Below are positions 57,276-64,000 of a stretch of 64,000 nt of DNA, one piece after another; the first letter of the stretch is position 1, and each line of letters begins with the position of its first letter. Source of the DNA: the human T2T-CHM13v2.0 reference genome, Homo sapiens; the NCBI RefSeq assembly GCF_009914755.1, contig NC_060932.1; one strand, written 5' to 3'. The translations under genes were made by a program, and so were the position numbers. Under the pieces are notes generated by a model. That model made no database searches. It had not been told where the DNA came from and saw nothing but the letters and a program-made list of their open reading frames with translations.

Positions 57276-57674
57276 GCTGTGGTCTGAATGTTTACCCCCA
57301 AATTTATATGTTGAGACTTAATGGCCAATGTGATATCATTGAGAGATAGGGCTTTTAGAAAGTGATTAAATCATGAAAACAGAGCCCTCATGGATGGGAT
57401 GAGGGTCCTTAGTAAAGGACTGCAGGGACCGGGTTTGCTGTCTGCCGTTCAAGGACAGAGTGGCCATACCCTTTTGCTCTTTTCATTCCTTCCCCCTCAT
57501 GAGGACACCCAGCCATCGCCATTCACAAGGAAGGGGCCTCCTTCACCAGACACCAAACCCGCCAGTCCCTTGATTTTGTACTTCCAGCCTTCAGACTGTG
57601 AGAAATAAATTTCTATTGTTTATAAATTGCCCAGTCTCAGGTAATTTATTATAGCAGCGAAACGGACTAAGATA
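57276..57674 (+). mobile_element. MSTC/MSTD-like MaLR solo LTR
   Basis: tgctgtggtctgaatgtt...cagagccctcatggatggga...caccagacaccaaacc...gtgagaaataaatttctattgtttataaatt...ggactaagata. Confidence 0.88.
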
Positions 57675-58327
57675 TCCTCATTATAAGATAAGTGGCTGGA
57701 TGTACACTTTAAAAGTCCCGAGTGGGTGTAAGTGAATACACACATGCTCTACCTTAAATGCCAGTCCTCTTCATGGCTTCTCTGTCAGTCGAAGTTAATT
57801 ATTTTATTAAGAAGTGGTAATTAGGCAGAGAGGTTAATGAGATTCCCCCCTCAAATTGAACTATATTCCCTCCTAGATTTTACAAGACACTTATAAATAA
57901 GTTCACATTTTGGGAGAAAATGTCTCTGGCATGTAGAGCAAGTGAGGAAAATGAAACTGTCCCAATGAAACAGTAAGATAACAAGGCCAGAGGGAAACTA
58001 AGAAACATCATTTTGTATATTGATGTTTGTTTCTTCCCTCTTTGATGTCTGGAAATTCTGGAGTATTACTTCAATTGCATTTTGGTCTTCATTATAATTT
58101 TGTTTGAGATTTTTTTTTTAATTTTTAAATATTACTGACTTTTATTTTCTACCATGTACTCTCCCATTTTCTTTGTTAAAAAAGATTTGCACATTTTTTT
58201 TTTGCTGCTCTTTGAGTGAGGCTTCAGAAGTAGTGATAATCATGTTTCACAAGCAGTCCCTCTATTATAACTTCTTTTTAATTTATTAAGTAGCTGCTAA
58301 AAGAGTTCATGGACTAGTCTTTCATGA

Positions 58328-62510
<4,183 letters not shown>

Positions 62511-62629
62511 AAATTGAAATGTATTAGGAAAGATAAACTATCTTCGCAAACATCCAATAAGAATGGTTGGGTGTATTTAAATTAAGATTCAAGAAAATGA
62601 ACAGCAGTGTGGCAAAAATAAATGTTATG

Positions 62630-63165
62630 TTTTGCTTTATTAAATATTTTTAAATTACATTATAAATCACACAGAAAAGTGTACAAAACATAAATGTCCT
62701 GCTGGATGCATTAACGCAAAGTGAATATACCTGTGGAACTAGGCAGAACATTACCAGTTGCCCAGAATCTCAACTCATGCCCCTGTTAATCATTAACCCC
62801 TCCCATCTCAAAGATGAATATCTCCCTGACTTCTAGTGGTAGAGATTAACTTACTTGTTTTGAAAATTATATGAGTACAATCATGCAATGTGTATTGTTT
62901 TATGTCTGCCTTCTCTCACTCAGTAGCATGTCTTCTGTGAGTATCTTCCATATAGATGCATAAAAGGGTAGCGGTTTTTTTTTTTTTTTTGATAGGGGCA
63001 GAGTAGCCCCATAGGTAAAGCATCACATGTAGGTAGGAATTCTGCTCTTAGTCAATATTTGAATTGTTTACTACATTGACTTTTATAAATAATGCAGCAA
63101 TGATTATATTTTTACATATTTTTGGTATACATACTTACTGCATTTTTGTTGAGTGTATTCATCGA
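62630..63165 (-). mobile_element. Old L1ME-like 3'UTR fragment
   Basis: cacacagaaaagtgtacaaaacataaatgt...cagaacattaccagt...tcatgcaatgtgtatt...ttttggtatacatact. Confidence 0.65.
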
Positions 63166-63299
63166 ACAGTGTGTTGTTTTTTTCCTAAGTTATTGTCCCA
63201 CAAGCAAAATGTTTTTACTCTGTAATAAAATTACATTTTTAAAACTATGGTAAACTATAGATAAAAGATTTGATTAGTTACTATGGATTACACTCCAAA

Positions 63300-63557
63300 G
63301 GGTGTAACATTGTGAAGAGGTAACAGTCACAAGGGTCTCTATCTCCAATGTCACTTGGTCTATGTTTGAGTAAAGAATAAGGTGCATGGTTAAGGTATAA
63401 CATCTCAACACAAAGGTCAAGAAGCAAAAGTCATGCAGCAGAAAAAAAAAAAAAACAGCTGTGTCATATAACTCCAGGGCTTAACAATTTCCAGGGCTTA
63501 ACTTTTCCCCTTGGCATAATAAATTTGAAAAGTCCTAAAATTTTCTTTTCTTTTCAT
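63300..63557 (-). mobile_element. MER4-group ERV1 LTR fragment
   Basis: gcttaacttttccccttggcataat...gtcctaaaattttcttttcttttca matches the reverse complement of the MER4-type start TGTGAAAGGAAAATAAAATCTCAGGAC...ATGCCAAAGGGAAAAGTTAAGC. Confidence 0.6.
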
Positions 63558-64000
63558 AAACTCATTAAAAGTTCACAGTTACTCTAATCATGAAATAGTT
63601 AAATGAGGTGCTCTTTGTGACAAAGTGGATGCAATTTTATCCTAGGAGATGAGAGCTTCTGTTCATCTTTATCCTCTTAAGTCCCTTTGGTCTTTTTAAT
63701 CCACTTAACACTGTTCAGGTAAATTGATCATGAAGCATCATAAACGACAGAAAGAGGTGTGCTTTTGTTTTCTATTCCTCACCATTTTCTGATTGTTTCT
63801 CATCCATTAAAAAAGTTATATTGGAAGAGTATAGATAAATTCAATGAACTCATTTATCCCTAAGTGACAGACAGAAGAGCAGGACTGTATTTACTATTAG
63901 CTCACCTATTTTTATCAAATAATATATTTACTAAATCAAATAATTACTTGGATTCTATCTGTTTATGTATACAAAATGAGCTCTCATTGATTGCATATTT

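Noticed and set aside
63472-63503. tccagggcttaac direct repeat
   Set aside because: A single short local duplication within an LTR fragment; not an array.

Overview
AT-rich, gene-poor primate (human-like) genomic DNA, made largely of interspersed repeats. These include LINE-1 copies of many ages (L1PA4/5-like to L1M), about 13 Alus, MaLR LTRs (THE1, MST, MLT1), ERVL-class remnants (an MLT2-like LTR and a decayed pol/integrase/dUTPase region with its LTR), MIR/L2 fragments and two DNA-transposon MITEs (MER85, MER58-like). I cannot support any intact protein-coding gene, RNA gene or CRISPR array. The long ORFs in the track are broken L1 ORF2 pieces, Alu read-throughs or chance ORFs. I found no convincing previously undescribed biological system. 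The most notable observations are mechanistic or regulatory: a MER85 piggyBac MITE with an intact internal palindrome nested in an MSTA LTR, a three-level Alu>THE1D>L1PA nest, two clear twin-primed (5'-inverted) L1PB insertions, a tail-less Alu with a full target-site duplication (TSD), a ~305-bp orphan insert in an LTR, and a few repeat-free islands with candidate CTCF/AP-1 motifs. Subfamily names come from recalled consensus sequences, and boundaries of old elements are approximate (tens of bp).
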